Sequence record: KY271397.1 | DNA from: Klebsiella phage 3LV2017 | Length of the DNA: 35,100 bases | Reading direction: 5' to 3' (one strand) | Shown here: positions 26,295 through 34,902 of the stretch, one piece after another | How the letters are laid out: each line of letters starts with the position of its first letter | How positions within the stretch are numbered: position 1 is the first letter of the stretch | Position numbers and translations under genes: made by a program | The notes under the pieces: model-generated | Database searches by the model: none | What the model saw: only the letters and a program-made list of their open reading frames with translations | What the model was told of the DNA's origin: nothing

Positions 26295-26783
26295 TTAAAA
26301 CAGGCTCTTGATAGAAGTTGAAACAGAGTTAACCGCTTTTGTCGCGCTGGACTTCAGATCATCCAGCACATCACTGACAGACGACGTCTGTAGCTTCTCG
26401 CGAAAATCACCATCGGCGCGCGAAAGACTGATCGTAAACTCAATTTTTTTCGGGTTGCCGTAGCGGTCAAACTCCGTTTTTCCTCGCTCCAGCTGCGTCA
26501 TGAGGTACATCCCGTAAATCTGCCCGTCACCCTCAATCAGCGGCCAGGGGCGACCGGCAAAACCGATCGTCTCCAGCGCCGACAGCGACCACCGGCCGCC
26601 GGTGATTTCCGGGTAAAGCACGCCGTCGAGCGTGATTGTGTCGTCACCGGGGCCGATGTACTGCCAGGCCGCCGACTGGTTAACCCGGTCATTTTTAACG
26701 TGCCGCCACGCCTGGGAGTGTCGCAGCTGCTGATACGGCGCAGTGCGCAGCGTAAAAACAAACATCCCGTAAATCATCATCAT
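26295..26783 (-). CDS. U: Tail protein gpU (162 aa)
   Basis: Sequence parallels P2 gpU (MM..G.FVF.L.T.P.QQL.R...WRH…IEFT/Q). Strong SD AAGGAGG. Minus strand. Confidence 0.8.
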   Translation of the reverse strand: MMMIYGMFVFTLRTAPYQQLRHSQAWRHVKNDRVNQSAAWQYIGPGDDTITLDGVLYPEITGGRWSLSALETIGFAGRPWPLIEGDGQIYGMYLMTQLERGKTEFDRYGNPKKIEFTISLSRADGDFREKLQTSSVSDVLDDLKSSATKAVNSVSTSIKSLF

Positions 26784-26794
26784 AAAAAACCTCC

Positions 26795-29734
26795 TTACTC
26801 CCGATCGCGGAATGAACCACGGTTAGTTTTGCGGGTGCTGGCCATTGCATCGCGCACGGCGTTACGCACCATTTTTTCCAGCTCCTGATCCGAGCGTTTA
26901 CCGACGTCGTTAAAGACCAACTGGAAGAACGGCGCAGCACCAGACGACGCGGCGACCGGCGCAGACGTTGCCCCCTGCGTCGCCGTCGGCACCGACAGAA
27001 TGCCGCCGGCCGCAGCGGCGGACACACGCGGTACAGGCTGCGGAATAACACGCGCTTCCTGAAAGGGACCACGCAGCGCCAGCGCGCGCGGCAGGTTTTT
27101 AAAGACAATATCCCCGGGGCCGATTTTCTTTGTGTTATTCGCCGTCGCTTTTGTGTTATCCGCGATGTTGTTCAGGCGCCGAAGAGTGCCATTGTCGCCG
27201 GTAATAACCGGCGGCTTGCCGCCGCCAGCACCGGACACGGTGGCCTGACCAAGTGGCAACTGATGACCGGCCAGCGCGGCTGCTGATGCCTCCAGCGCAC
27301 TCTGTGCCTTATCGGCTTGCTGCCTGGCTCTTTCGATACCGTCGGGAATAAGATCCAGTTTTTCAAGCAACCAGCTGACGCCGTTCATTAACTGCTGGAG
27401 CGGCCATAACAGAACACTAAGCGCGGCACCCATTACACGCCCAAAGGTTTCACCCGCCGACGCACACTTATCCAGCGCGTCTTTACTAGTCTGCATCGGG
27501 GTCAGCAGGTTTTTGAACCACTCCCATACAGCCTTGATACCATTACCCAGCGCGGAGAAAACAGGCGCCAGTGCAGAAAAAGCAGCTCTGACAGGTGTTA
27601 ACGCCTGCCACACACCAGTAAAGAAACCAGAGAAAAAGGCTTTGATAGGCTCCCAATAGCGCCAGATGAGCAGCCCCGCCGCAACAAACGCCGCACCAAT
27701 TAGCCCGATCGGACTTAACAGGAAAGACAGTGCGCCACCCAGCACAGATACCGCACCGGTAATCATCCCCCACAACGCAGGGAGGCCGGTAAGCCTGAGC
27801 ATCAGCATGGCAAGGTTTTTACCCAGGGAGGTTAACGCAGCACCGGGCGCCAGAAACGCACCCATTAACCCAGCCCGAATCGCGGGCATGATGGCGGAAA
27901 TCCTCCCAAAACCGGATGCGATACCAGTTATAACGACGGGCCAGCCGCGCATGCTTGCCATCACCGGGCCAGCGGCAGTACCCAGGGTGCGGAATACGGC
28001 AATGGTGCCGAGAATGCCGCGACCACCGGTTAGCACCGCGAAGCCGAGTTGTAGTTTTGCCAGCGGCCCAATCAGAATACCGACAGCAAGCGAGAGAGCG
28101 CCAACAGCAACTGTCAGCGCCAGCGCGCCACCCGCAACAAGGAGGAGGGTTTGTGCAAGGCGCGGATTGGCTTTTACCCATTCACTCGCAGCTGTGATCG
28201 CATCACTTAAACCTTGTGTTAATTTGCGAAGAGGGCCATCAACGGTCTCTTCAATCTGAATGCGAAATCCCTCCCATGCGCTGTCGAGGTTTTTCAGATC
28301 GCCACTCAGGTTGTCAGCCATTTTTTTAGCGACAGCAGACGCCTCACCCCCTGCGCCTTTTAGCTCCCTTACGAGCTTCTGCAGTTCTCCACTTCCCGCA
28401 CCTGCAACCAGTGTTTGCAGCCCAACAAAAGCCTCTTCCCCGGCAATGTCTTTAAAGAATCCAACCTGATCAACTTGTCCGTATTTTTTAGTTGCCTTGT
28501 AGAGGTCGAGAAGAATAGTTTCAACTGGTCGCATTTTACCCCTGGCATCCGATACTGATACGCCAAGCTGTTTTAATGCTTTTGCCGCTCCGGCTGTAGG
28601 GGATGCAAGGCGAGCCAATGAAGCTCGCATAGCTGTGCCAGCATCGCTACCGCGAAGCCCGTTGTTAGCCAGAATACCCGCCATCCCGGCAGCCTCTTCA
28701 AGGCTGATACCCAACTTTGACGCCACGGGACCGGCGTATTTCATCGTGTCGCCAAGACTTCGCAGGTCAGTGTTGGTGCGGGTAAATGCAGCCGTCAGCA
28801 CGTCACTGACACGATCCATTTCACCGGCAGGGAGGGTAAATTGAGAAAGGATGTTTGATCCAATATCGGCACTTTCGCCCAGCTCCATCCCACCGGCCAG
28901 CGCCATATTCAGCACGCCAGGTAATGCCGCCTGGATTGATTGTGGAGTGAAGCCAGCCATTGCAAGGAACGCCTGACCACTTGCGGCGTCGCGGGTGGTA
29001 AATGCCGTTTCCGCGCCGAGCTTTTTCGCCTGCGCACGCAATGCCGCAAGTTGAGAGTCACCTTTATCAAGTCGTGTCAGTGCCTGAACGCGCGACATTT
29101 CCTCATCAAAGCCAACGGCAGGGGCCAGGAAGCGCCCGCCCGCATATCCGGCAGCGCCCGCGCCAGCAATTGCCATCGTGCCACCGCCGCGAAGTTTCGA
29201 GCCGGTTTCCTTCGCCCTCTCATAACTGGCCTGCGCGCGCGTGACTGCGGCCAGGCGCTGCCGTTCACGCTCAAGCGCCTGGCTGTATTGCTCTGTTCGC
29301 CGAATGGCCGACTGCACCGCACCGCTACCAGCATTGAGGTTAACGCCATGCTGGCGCACCGCTTGTCCGGCTGCACGTAGTTGGGTGGTCTGTTTGTTAT
29401 AGGTGTCTGTCAGGCGCGAGAGCTTATTCCGCAGCGTTTCAAGCCGCGCCGTCTGCGCCTCGGTAAGCTGCCCGCCTTCGCGCTGCTTCTGATTGAGACC
29501 ATCAAAGGCACGTTGGGTGCTTCTGAGTTTTTGCGCGGTATCGTTGGCCTGTGAGCGCAGCTTGTCGAAAGACGACGCGCTTTTTTCCAGGTCTTTGATT
29601 GAAGACTGTGTTTTTTTGAGGGAGTCAGAAAGGCCGCCAATAGCTTTACTGGCGGCGCTGACCGGGCGGGTAAGCTTGTCAATTGCACTGAACGCAACGC
29701 GAATACTAAGATCCATCGTCATCCTCCTGTTCAT
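26795..29734 (-). CDS. T: Tail tape-measure protein gpT (979 aa)
   Basis: Long Ala/Gly-rich protein with multiple TM-like segments in its central part, following E/E' as in P2. Minus strand. Confidence 0.85.
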   Translation of the reverse strand: MNRRMTMDLSIRVAFSAIDKLTRPVSAASKAIGGLSDSLKKTQSSIKDLEKSASSFDKLRSQANDTAQKLRSTQRAFDGLNQKQREGGQLTEAQTARLETLRNKLSRLTDTYNKQTTQLRAAGQAVRQHGVNLNAGSGAVQSAIRRTEQYSQALERERQRLAAVTRAQASYERAKETGSKLRGGGTMAIAGAGAAGYAGGRFLAPAVGFDEEMSRVQALTRLDKGDSQLAALRAQAKKLGAETAFTTRDAASGQAFLAMAGFTPQSIQAALPGVLNMALAGGMELGESADIGSNILSQFTLPAGEMDRVSDVLTAAFTRTNTDLRSLGDTMKYAGPVASKLGISLEEAAGMAGILANNGLRGSDAGTAMRASLARLASPTAGAAKALKQLGVSVSDARGKMRPVETILLDLYKATKKYGQVDQVGFFKDIAGEEAFVGLQTLVAGAGSGELQKLVRELKGAGGEASAVAKKMADNLSGDLKNLDSAWEGFRIQIEETVDGPLRKLTQGLSDAITAASEWVKANPRLAQTLLLVAGGALALTVAVGALSLAVGILIGPLAKLQLGFAVLTGGRGILGTIAVFRTLGTAAGPVMASMRGWPVVITGIASGFGRISAIMPAIRAGLMGAFLAPGAALTSLGKNLAMLMLRLTGLPALWGMITGAVSVLGGALSFLLSPIGLIGAAFVAAGLLIWRYWEPIKAFFSGFFTGVWQALTPVRAAFSALAPVFSALGNGIKAVWEWFKNLLTPMQTSKDALDKCASAGETFGRVMGAALSVLLWPLQQLMNGVSWLLEKLDLIPDGIERARQQADKAQSALEASAAALAGHQLPLGQATVSGAGGGKPPVITGDNGTLRRLNNIADNTKATANNTKKIGPGDIVFKNLPRALALRGPFQEARVIPQPVPRVSAAAAGGILSVPTATQGATSAPVAASSGAAPFFQLVFNDVGKRSDQELEKMVRNAVRDAMASTRKTNRGSFRDRE

Positions 29735-30175
29735 GGTTGCCGCTTCTGATGGCCGCCCTCTCGCGCCAGGCCATCAGCTCGCGCAGCTCCATGCCGTACA
29801 TCTCGGAGGGCGGCCAGTGAAAAATAACTGCAACGTCGGCGATAAGATCGTCGACGTCAGGAAATGCCGGCTCTCTTATTCGCTCTCCGTCTCCGCCGAA
29901 ATCGGTGCGGATGGCGCCGGCTTCGCCAAAAAAGGCGTGATCTCTTCACAGAGCGCAGTGAAGTCACCTGTAGCCAGCGCGGCAATTTCGGCGTTGGTCA
30001 GCTGCGGACTGGTGGTGCGCGTCAGCAGGGTGGAAACCGCATCAAAATCGAAGTTCAGCACATCAACAAGACGCAGTCCGCGCAGCGATCCAGCCTGTTT
30101 GATGGTGTCAGTGATAGTGATGGTGATAATTTCCTGATCGCCGCGCTTGACCGGCTTACTGAGAATAACGGACAT
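29706..30175 (-). CDS. E': gpE+E' -1 programmed-frameshift fusion (about 156 aa); slippery heptamer TTTTTTG at 29927-29933 (minus sense); E' ends at 29706, overlapping the T start
   Basis: In the E zero frame the heptamer reads T TTT TTG (X XXY YYZ). The -1 frame stays open for 73 codons to a TAG at 29706-29708, exactly spanning the E-T gap, as in P2 E/E'. Confidence 0.7.
29876..30175 (-). CDS. E: Tail assembly chaperone gpE (99 aa)
   Basis: Position between FII and T, matching size, and the slippery site near its 3' end. Confidence 0.85.
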   Translation of the reverse strand: MSVILSKPVKRGDQEIITITITDTIKQAGSLRGLRLVDVLNFDFDAVSTLLTRTTSPQLTNAEIAALATGDFTALCEEITPFLAKPAPSAPISAETESE

Positions 30176-30229
30176 AACAGTTTCTCCGGGCGGCCCGCAG
30201 GCCGCCTTAAAGGTGAGTTAAACGGGTTA

Positions 30230-30745
30230 TCAGCTGCCGAGGCCAAGCGCTGACATAATGCGATCTGGGTAGAGATTCCGCCCGTTACGCTTGTAGATAA
30301 AGTTCAGCAGGTCGATTTCCAGCAATGGCTTATCGTCCACCGACTCTTTGTAGTAAGTGTTTTTGATGGCGTAGGTGTGGTTGGTGTCATCACCCTGTTT
30401 TGCATCGCCAGGATCAATCTCAGTGATGCGCCCGCGCATCTCTACCTCCAGTAGTGAACTGGTGCCACCACTGTAAATCTCTCCCACAAAGCGCAGGCGT
30501 AATTCGTCGATATCACCGCCGTATTTCAGGATTAACTCTTCGACCACGCCGCCGACAATCATCGACGCGTCCAGCGCGCCGGAATCCAGGCCCAGATCTA
30601 CCGCCACCGAGCCGACCATGCCGCCGCCCTGATAATCCTCAGTCTTGCGGGTCAACTTCGGCAGCGTGACGCTCGGCACTTTCCCGATGAAGTTTTCGCC
30701 GTCAACAAAGAGGGTAAACAGTCGGAGTTTTTTAGGAATAGCCAC
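30230..30745 (-). CDS. FII: Tail tube protein gpFII (171 aa), GTG start overlapping the FI stop
   Basis: Size and position as P2 FII (172 aa). SD GGGGG lies 7 nt upstream of GTG (plus 30743-30745). Confidence 0.85.
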   Translation of the reverse strand: MAIPKKLRLFTLFVDGENFIGKVPSVTLPKLTRKTEDYQGGGMVGSVAVDLGLDSGALDASMIVGGVVEELILKYGGDIDELRLRFVGEIYSGGTSSLLEVEMRGRITEIDPGDAKQGDDTNHTYAIKNTYYKESVDDKPLLEIDLLNFIYKRNGRNLYPDRIMSALGLGS

Positions 30746-31926
30746 TATTCACCCCCAAGCGATGCAAAAGCGGGTTCGTAATACTGATCGGTGAACGTCT
30801 GGATCATCGTCAGGTCTTCCAGCGGCGGTACCGGGCTGTAGTTGTAGCGCACGATGGCTTTACCCTGACGAATGCCCGTTACCGGGTTATCAACGACGTC
30901 ATACCAGGTCGCCGCGCCAATCAGCTTGCCCGCCGTGACCAGCGCCTGTAGTTTGGCGTTGATGCCGCTCACCACGTCTTTCACGTTCGCCGGGGTCAGC
31001 GGGGTGTCCACTGTGGTGAACTGCGCTTCTGCGATACTGTCCGCCAGGATCTGCGCGGTTCGCGTGTACACCTCGAAAATAAATTTTTCTTTATCCGTCA
31101 CGCGGTTACCCCAGAAGCGGAAGCCGTCGCGTTTAATCAGCGTGGTGATTTCGTGGGCGTTCAGCTCGTTCGCGTCGGAGTCCTCCGCCTGCAAAGCCCA
31201 GAACACATCCTTAGAAATCCCCAGCACGTTTTTCACCGGCACGTTAGACAGTGATTTATGCCAGCCCTGCTCGTTATCGATCAGAGCGCGAAGACCCAGC
31301 GCATACGCCACGGCGGGAAACTCTTCATTGTCGCCGGTCGCCGGGTTATAGGCGATGAAGTTCGGCCAGATCAGCATGCCTTCACGCTCTGCAAACGTCT
31401 CGCGATAGGCTTTCGCCTCTGCAATTGTCTCGCAGCCGTGGCAGTAGCTGTATGAGAACGCCCGCAACTGCTTTGCGATAACCCGCAGTTGCGCGGTCAC
31501 TTCGGCAGTGTCGTAATCAGGCACGCCGAGAATGCGTGGCCGGTATCCGGTTTTTTGCTCCGCCGTCAGAAAAGCAAACATGCCGGTATAGCTGCCGTCT
31601 GCCTGCGTGCCACCGATAATCAGTTGTGACTGAGTGGGCTTGTTTTCGCCCGCCTCGGCTTTTGCCACACGCACAACGATCACGCGGGTACTGACCTGGT
31701 CGGAAATAGCTTTCAGCGATTTGTAAAGCGAACCGGTTTTGCCTGCTTTGCCGAGCACGCTGATAACCCGCGTCACAAGCACCGGAGTGTTAAGTGGAAA
31801 GGTGACAGGGTCGGCGTCTTCAGCTACCGCAACCAGACCAATGACCGTTGAATCAATGTCATTGATCGCGGCCTGGAGGTCGGTATCTTCCTTGACGCGC
31901 GCCCCGTGAAAAAAGTTGTCGGTCAT
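30745..31926 (-). CDS. FI: Contractile tail sheath protein gpFI (393 aa)
   Basis: Size and position as P2 FI (396 aa). It is the first gene of the minus-strand block. Confidence 0.9.
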   Translation of the reverse strand: MTDNFFHGARVKEDTDLQAAINDIDSTVIGLVAVAEDADPVTFPLNTPVLVTRVISVLGKAGKTGSLYKSLKAISDQVSTRVIVVRVAKAEAGENKPTQSQLIIGGTQADGSYTGMFAFLTAEQKTGYRPRILGVPDYDTAEVTAQLRVIAKQLRAFSYSYCHGCETIAEAKAYRETFAEREGMLIWPNFIAYNPATGDNEEFPAVAYALGLRALIDNEQGWHKSLSNVPVKNVLGISKDVFWALQAEDSDANELNAHEITTLIKRDGFRFWGNRVTDKEKFIFEVYTRTAQILADSIAEAQFTTVDTPLTPANVKDVVSGINAKLQALVTAGKLIGAATWYDVVDNPVTGIRQGKAIVRYNYSPVPPLEDLTMIQTFTDQYYEPAFASLGGE

Positions 31927-32002
31927 ACTCTACCGCCATCATGTTGAGTGAGTTCGCGGTCATCATCGCCGGACTGGTTGGCCGCTGTCGTGCCATCAGG
32001 GT

Positions 32003-32020
32003 TGTGACCGGCCTGCCACA
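32003..32020. promoter_or_regulatory. Second Ogr-type late-promoter dyad TGT-N12-ACA (TGTGACCGGCCTGCCACA) in the divergent FI/D intergenic region
   Basis: Exact consensus. Its centre is about 55 bp upstream of a plausible FI transcript start (minus) and about 55-70 bp upstream of D (plus). Confidence 0.55.
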
Positions 32021-32079
32021 ACAAAAAGCCATCGCCAGCATCGCGCGCGCATGAAACCATCAGCGGCGGAGGTATGCAC

Positions 32080-33234
32080 ATGGCACTCACGACGGACACT
32101 ATCGACAAAGCAAAAGCGCTACTGAGCGAAGGGGTGCAGCGATTCCAGGATTACCAGTCCGAGCTGTCGAGCGTGCCGGCATTCAGCATCATGATGGGCG
32201 GTAAGGCTCTGACGCAGCTGGATCCCCGCATTATTTCGCTGGAGCTGACCGACAATCGCGGTTTTGAAGCTGACGAACTGACCATTGCTATCGACGACAG
32301 CGACGGATTGATTGAGCTGCCGCCGCGCGGTGCCGAGCTGTCGGTGTCGCTGGGCTGGCAGGGTGAGCCGCTGGTTTACAAAGGGATTTACACTGTCGAC
32401 GAGGTTGCGCATTCAGGTCCGCCGGACAGACTGGAGATCACCGCCCGCAGTGCAGATTTTCGGGACGAGTTCAACGTCAAGCGCGAGGTGTCATGGCATG
32501 ACGTGACAGTTGAGCGCATCGTGTCGGCTATCGCCCGGCGCTACAAGCTGACGCCGGTAATTTCCGAGCAGCTGATGAGCGCTGAGATTGATCACGCCGA
32601 CCAGACCCAGGAAAGCGATATGTCATTTCTGACAAGGATGGCCGATCTGCTGGGGGCTATTGCCACCGTCAAAAACGGTAGCCTCCTGTTTATCCTGCCG
32701 GGTGGTGGCGTCAGCGCGAACGGCAAAGCCCTGCCGGAGTTTGCGATCACCCGATCCAGCGGTGATCGGCATTCGTTCCGTATCGCAGACCGTGACGCCT
32801 ATACCGGCGTGCAGGCGTACTGGCTGGATCTGGAGTTCGGCAAAAAGAAAAAAGTCACCGTTAAAGCCCGCAAGAAAAAAAACGAGAAGAAGCCGCGCAG
32901 CAGCAGCCGGGAAGGGGATTATATCGCGGGCGAAGACGGCAACGTATTTGTGCTGCGGACAACCTACAGCAGCGAGACCGCCGCTCAACGCGCCGCTGCG
33001 GCGAAGTGGCAACAGCTTAAACGCGGTGCTGCCGAATTTAATATGACGCTCGCTTATGGCCGCGCAGATCTGTACCCGGAAATGCACGGCACGGTGTCGG
33101 GCTTTAAAACGGATATTAACAATCAGGACTGGATAATTGCGAAGGCCACACACTCGATCGACGACGGCGGATTTAAAACACAACTGGAGCTTGAAGCGAA
33201 AATACCTGAATGGATTGCAGAAAGTGAGAGTTAA
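32080..33234 (+). CDS. D: Tail protein gpD (384 aa from ATG 32080; an alternative ATG lies at 32074)
   Basis: Size as in P2 D (387 aa). SD GGAGG lies 8 nt upstream of 32080. On the plus strand, unlike the preceding FI-U block. Confidence 0.85.
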   Translation: MALTTDTIDKAKALLSEGVQRFQDYQSELSSVPAFSIMMGGKALTQLDPRIISLELTDNRGFEADELTIAIDDSDGLIELPPRGAELSVSLGWQGEPLVYKGIYTVDEVAHSGPPDRLEITARSADFRDEFNVKREVSWHDVTVERIVSAIARRYKLTPVISEQLMSAEIDHADQTQESDMSFLTRMADLLGAIATVKNGSLLFILPGGGVSANGKALPEFAITRSSGDRHSFRIADRDAYTGVQAYWLDLEFGKKKKVTVKARKKKNEKKPRSSSREGDYIAGEDGNVFVLRTTYSSETAAQRAAAAKWQQLKRGAAEFNMTLAYGRADLYPEMHGTVSGFKTDINNQDWIIAKATHSIDDGGFKTQLELEAKIPEWIAESES

Positions 33235-33279
33235 CGGCCATAATATGAGCGAGTTCAACTCCCAGCCTGGGAGGCCATC

Positions 33280-33528
33280 ATGTTCAAGTGTCCCATTTGC
33301 GGTGCCGTTGCAAAAACGCGCACCAGTCGTCCATTGAGTAACACCACCGTTCGGCATTATCACCAGTGCCAGAACTTTGAGTGCAGCATTACATTTACCA
33401 CCCTGAATAGCGTTGAAAAACTGGTAACAAAGCGTGCGCCGCGTGAGACTCTACCGCCGGGCTTTATCCCCTCTGATGCCTTTCCTGCCTCACACTACGG
33501 TAGCGATCAACTAACCCTCCCAGTTTAA
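33280..33528 (+). CDS. ogr: Late-gene transcriptional activator Ogr (zinc-finger, 82 aa)
   Basis: MFKCPICGA...RHYHQCQNFECSITF parallels P2 Ogr MFHCPLCQHAAHARTSRY…RYHQCQNVNCSATF (Cys4 zinc finger). Confidence 0.9.
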   Translation: MFKCPICGAVAKTRTSRPLSNTTVRHYHQCQNFECSITFTTLNSVEKLVTKRAPRETLPPGFIPSDAFPASHYGSDQLTLPV

Positions 33529-33533
33529 AATAG

Positions 33534-33567
33534 CCCCCCCCCCCCCCGCAAACGCGGGGTTTCTTTC
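33534..33567 (+). terminator. ogr terminator: C14 homopolymer (33534-33547) whose last Cs form the stem CCCCGC-AAAC-GCGGGG, followed by TTTCTTTCTTG
   Basis: 6-bp GC stem 33544-33549 pairs with 33554-33559, followed by a T-rich run. Confidence 0.6.
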
Positions 33568-33595
33568 TTGTCAATGAAGAATTATCCGATAAAAT
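33568..33595 (+). promoter_or_regulatory. Sigma70-like promoter for the terminal moron cassette: TTGTCA (33568-33573) - 16 nt - TAAAAT (33590-33595)
   Basis: Near-consensus hexamers with 16-nt spacing, about 50 nt upstream of the first moron gene and immediately after the ogr terminator. Confidence 0.55.
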
Positions 33596-33647
33596 AAAAT
33601 TGTTTGTAACAAATGACAATTAATAAGTAACGATGGGGATGATTGCT

Positions 33648-33980
33648 ATGGCTTTGGTCAGCTGCCCGGAATGCCGGAAAGAAGTGAGCGATTCAGCATT
33701 GAGGTGTCCATCCTGCGGTAAACAATTAAGAAAGCCGCGTCGCTCAATTTTTGGGGTACTAATAAAATGGATCTTCATTTTATTTAACATCTTCATGATC
33801 TACGTCCTTTTTAAAGGGCTAGGCGGAACTGGTGAAGTTATAAGCCATGCTACATCTGAAGCGGAAAGGGCAGGAGCAGCTTTAGGCGCGGGTTTGGGAA
33901 TGATGGCCATTGGTACTATTTGGGTCATCGGCGACATAGTTATTGGAATACTGGTGTTTCTTACTAGACCAAAAGGATGA
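33648..33980 (+). CDS. Zinc-ribbon (CPxC…CPxCG) two-TM inner-membrane protein, 110 aa (in-frame ATGs also at 33633 and 33639)
   Basis: N-terminal CPECRKEVSDSALRCPSCG, then two strongly hydrophobic helices separated by a Gly/Ala-rich loop. AT-rich. GGGGA lies 8 nt upstream of ATG 33648. Confidence 0.65.
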   Translation: MALVSCPECRKEVSDSALRCPSCGKQLRKPRRSIFGVLIKWIFILFNIFMIYVLFKGLGGTGEVISHATSEAERAGAALGAGLGMMAIGTIWVIGDIVIGILVFLTRPKG

Positions 33981-33984
33981 CCCC

Positions 33985-34881
33985 ATGAAGAAAAGTTTTA
34001 TTTTCATTGCGACATTTTTAGCTGCTTCCGTTTCTTTAGCTACTCACGCTCAAGAGGAGTCAAGGGACTTTAAAGGGGTTCTTCAGTGCCGGTCGATTGA
34101 GGATAGCTCGCTGCGTCTTTCTTGTTACGACAATTCAATTCCTCCTTCGCGAACGAAGAGTGCTGAAAAATTTGAAAGTAGAGAGCAATGCCCCGATGAA
34201 AAAACGGACGAGAGACGTCTGACCTGCTATGACAGATTTTTCTCGCCAACTTTCAAACCGGCGAGTTCAGTCAAAAATGCACCTTTAGACGCTGAAGTTG
34301 CTAAAAACGAGGCAATCAGTAAAGAAAAGGTCCATGAGTGCCGCTCAGAATTAAATGGCACCAAGCGATTAGCATGTTATGACAAGCTTTTTCCGCAGGA
34401 TGCAGCAGAAGAGGATGAGCCTGCCGTAGCAGAAGCGACTCCGAACCCCGGAAAATGGCTGACTCATATAACAACATCTCCGGTTGATGATTCAAAAAAC
34501 GTGGTTTTAATGTTACCTAGCAATGATTCCATCAGAACCCCATTTGGCGAAACAGTCACACCAACGATTTTTGTGGCCTGTCGTGAAAAGAAAACTGAAG
34601 TTTTTATTAATTGGGATGTGTACTTAGGACTTGAGGAAACAAGTATGCTTTACCGGCTTGATAAGCAGAAAGCCGTGGAAAGAAGCTGGTCGATTTCTAC
34701 CGACACCAAAGCGGTCTTTTATAGTGGCAGAGATATAGATTTTGTTAAGGCTCTAGCTAAATCTGAAAAGATGTTTGCAAGGATAACCCCCTACAACGAA
34801 AGCCCCGTATCGGTCACATTTGAGTTAACTGGGTTGAACAATGCATTAAAGCCCCTGCAGCAGGCGTGTGGCTGGAAATAG
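33985..34881 (+). CDS. Secreted (Sec signal peptide, cleavage after THA) 298-aa protein with three C-x8/9-RL-x-CYD repeats and a ~170-aa C-terminal domain
   Basis: MKKSFIFIATFLAASVSLATHA signal. Repeats CRSIEDSSLRLSCYD, CPDEKTDERRLTCYD, CRSELNGTKRLACYD. SD AAGGA lies 7 nt upstream and overlaps the previous stop (operon). AT-rich. Confidence 0.7.
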   Translation: MKKSFIFIATFLAASVSLATHAQEESRDFKGVLQCRSIEDSSLRLSCYDNSIPPSRTKSAEKFESREQCPDEKTDERRLTCYDRFFSPTFKPASSVKNAPLDAEVAKNEAISKEKVHECRSELNGTKRLACYDKLFPQDAAEEDEPAVAEATPNPGKWLTHITTSPVDDSKNVVLMLPSNDSIRTPFGETVTPTIFVACREKKTEVFINWDVYLGLEETSMLYRLDKQKAVERSWSISTDTKAVFYSGRDIDFVKALAKSEKMFARITPYNESPVSVTFELTGLNNALKPLQQACGWK

Positions 34882-34902
34882 AGAATAGTTGAAGTCAAAT
34901 TG

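Noticed and set aside
27666-28259. 197-aa plus-strand ORF inside the tape-measure gene
   Set aside because: It is antisense to T and its product is Pro/Ala-rich low-complexity.
32623-33363. 246-aa minus-strand ORF covering gene D and the ogr start
   Set aside because: It is antisense to two confidently identified genes and has no RBS.
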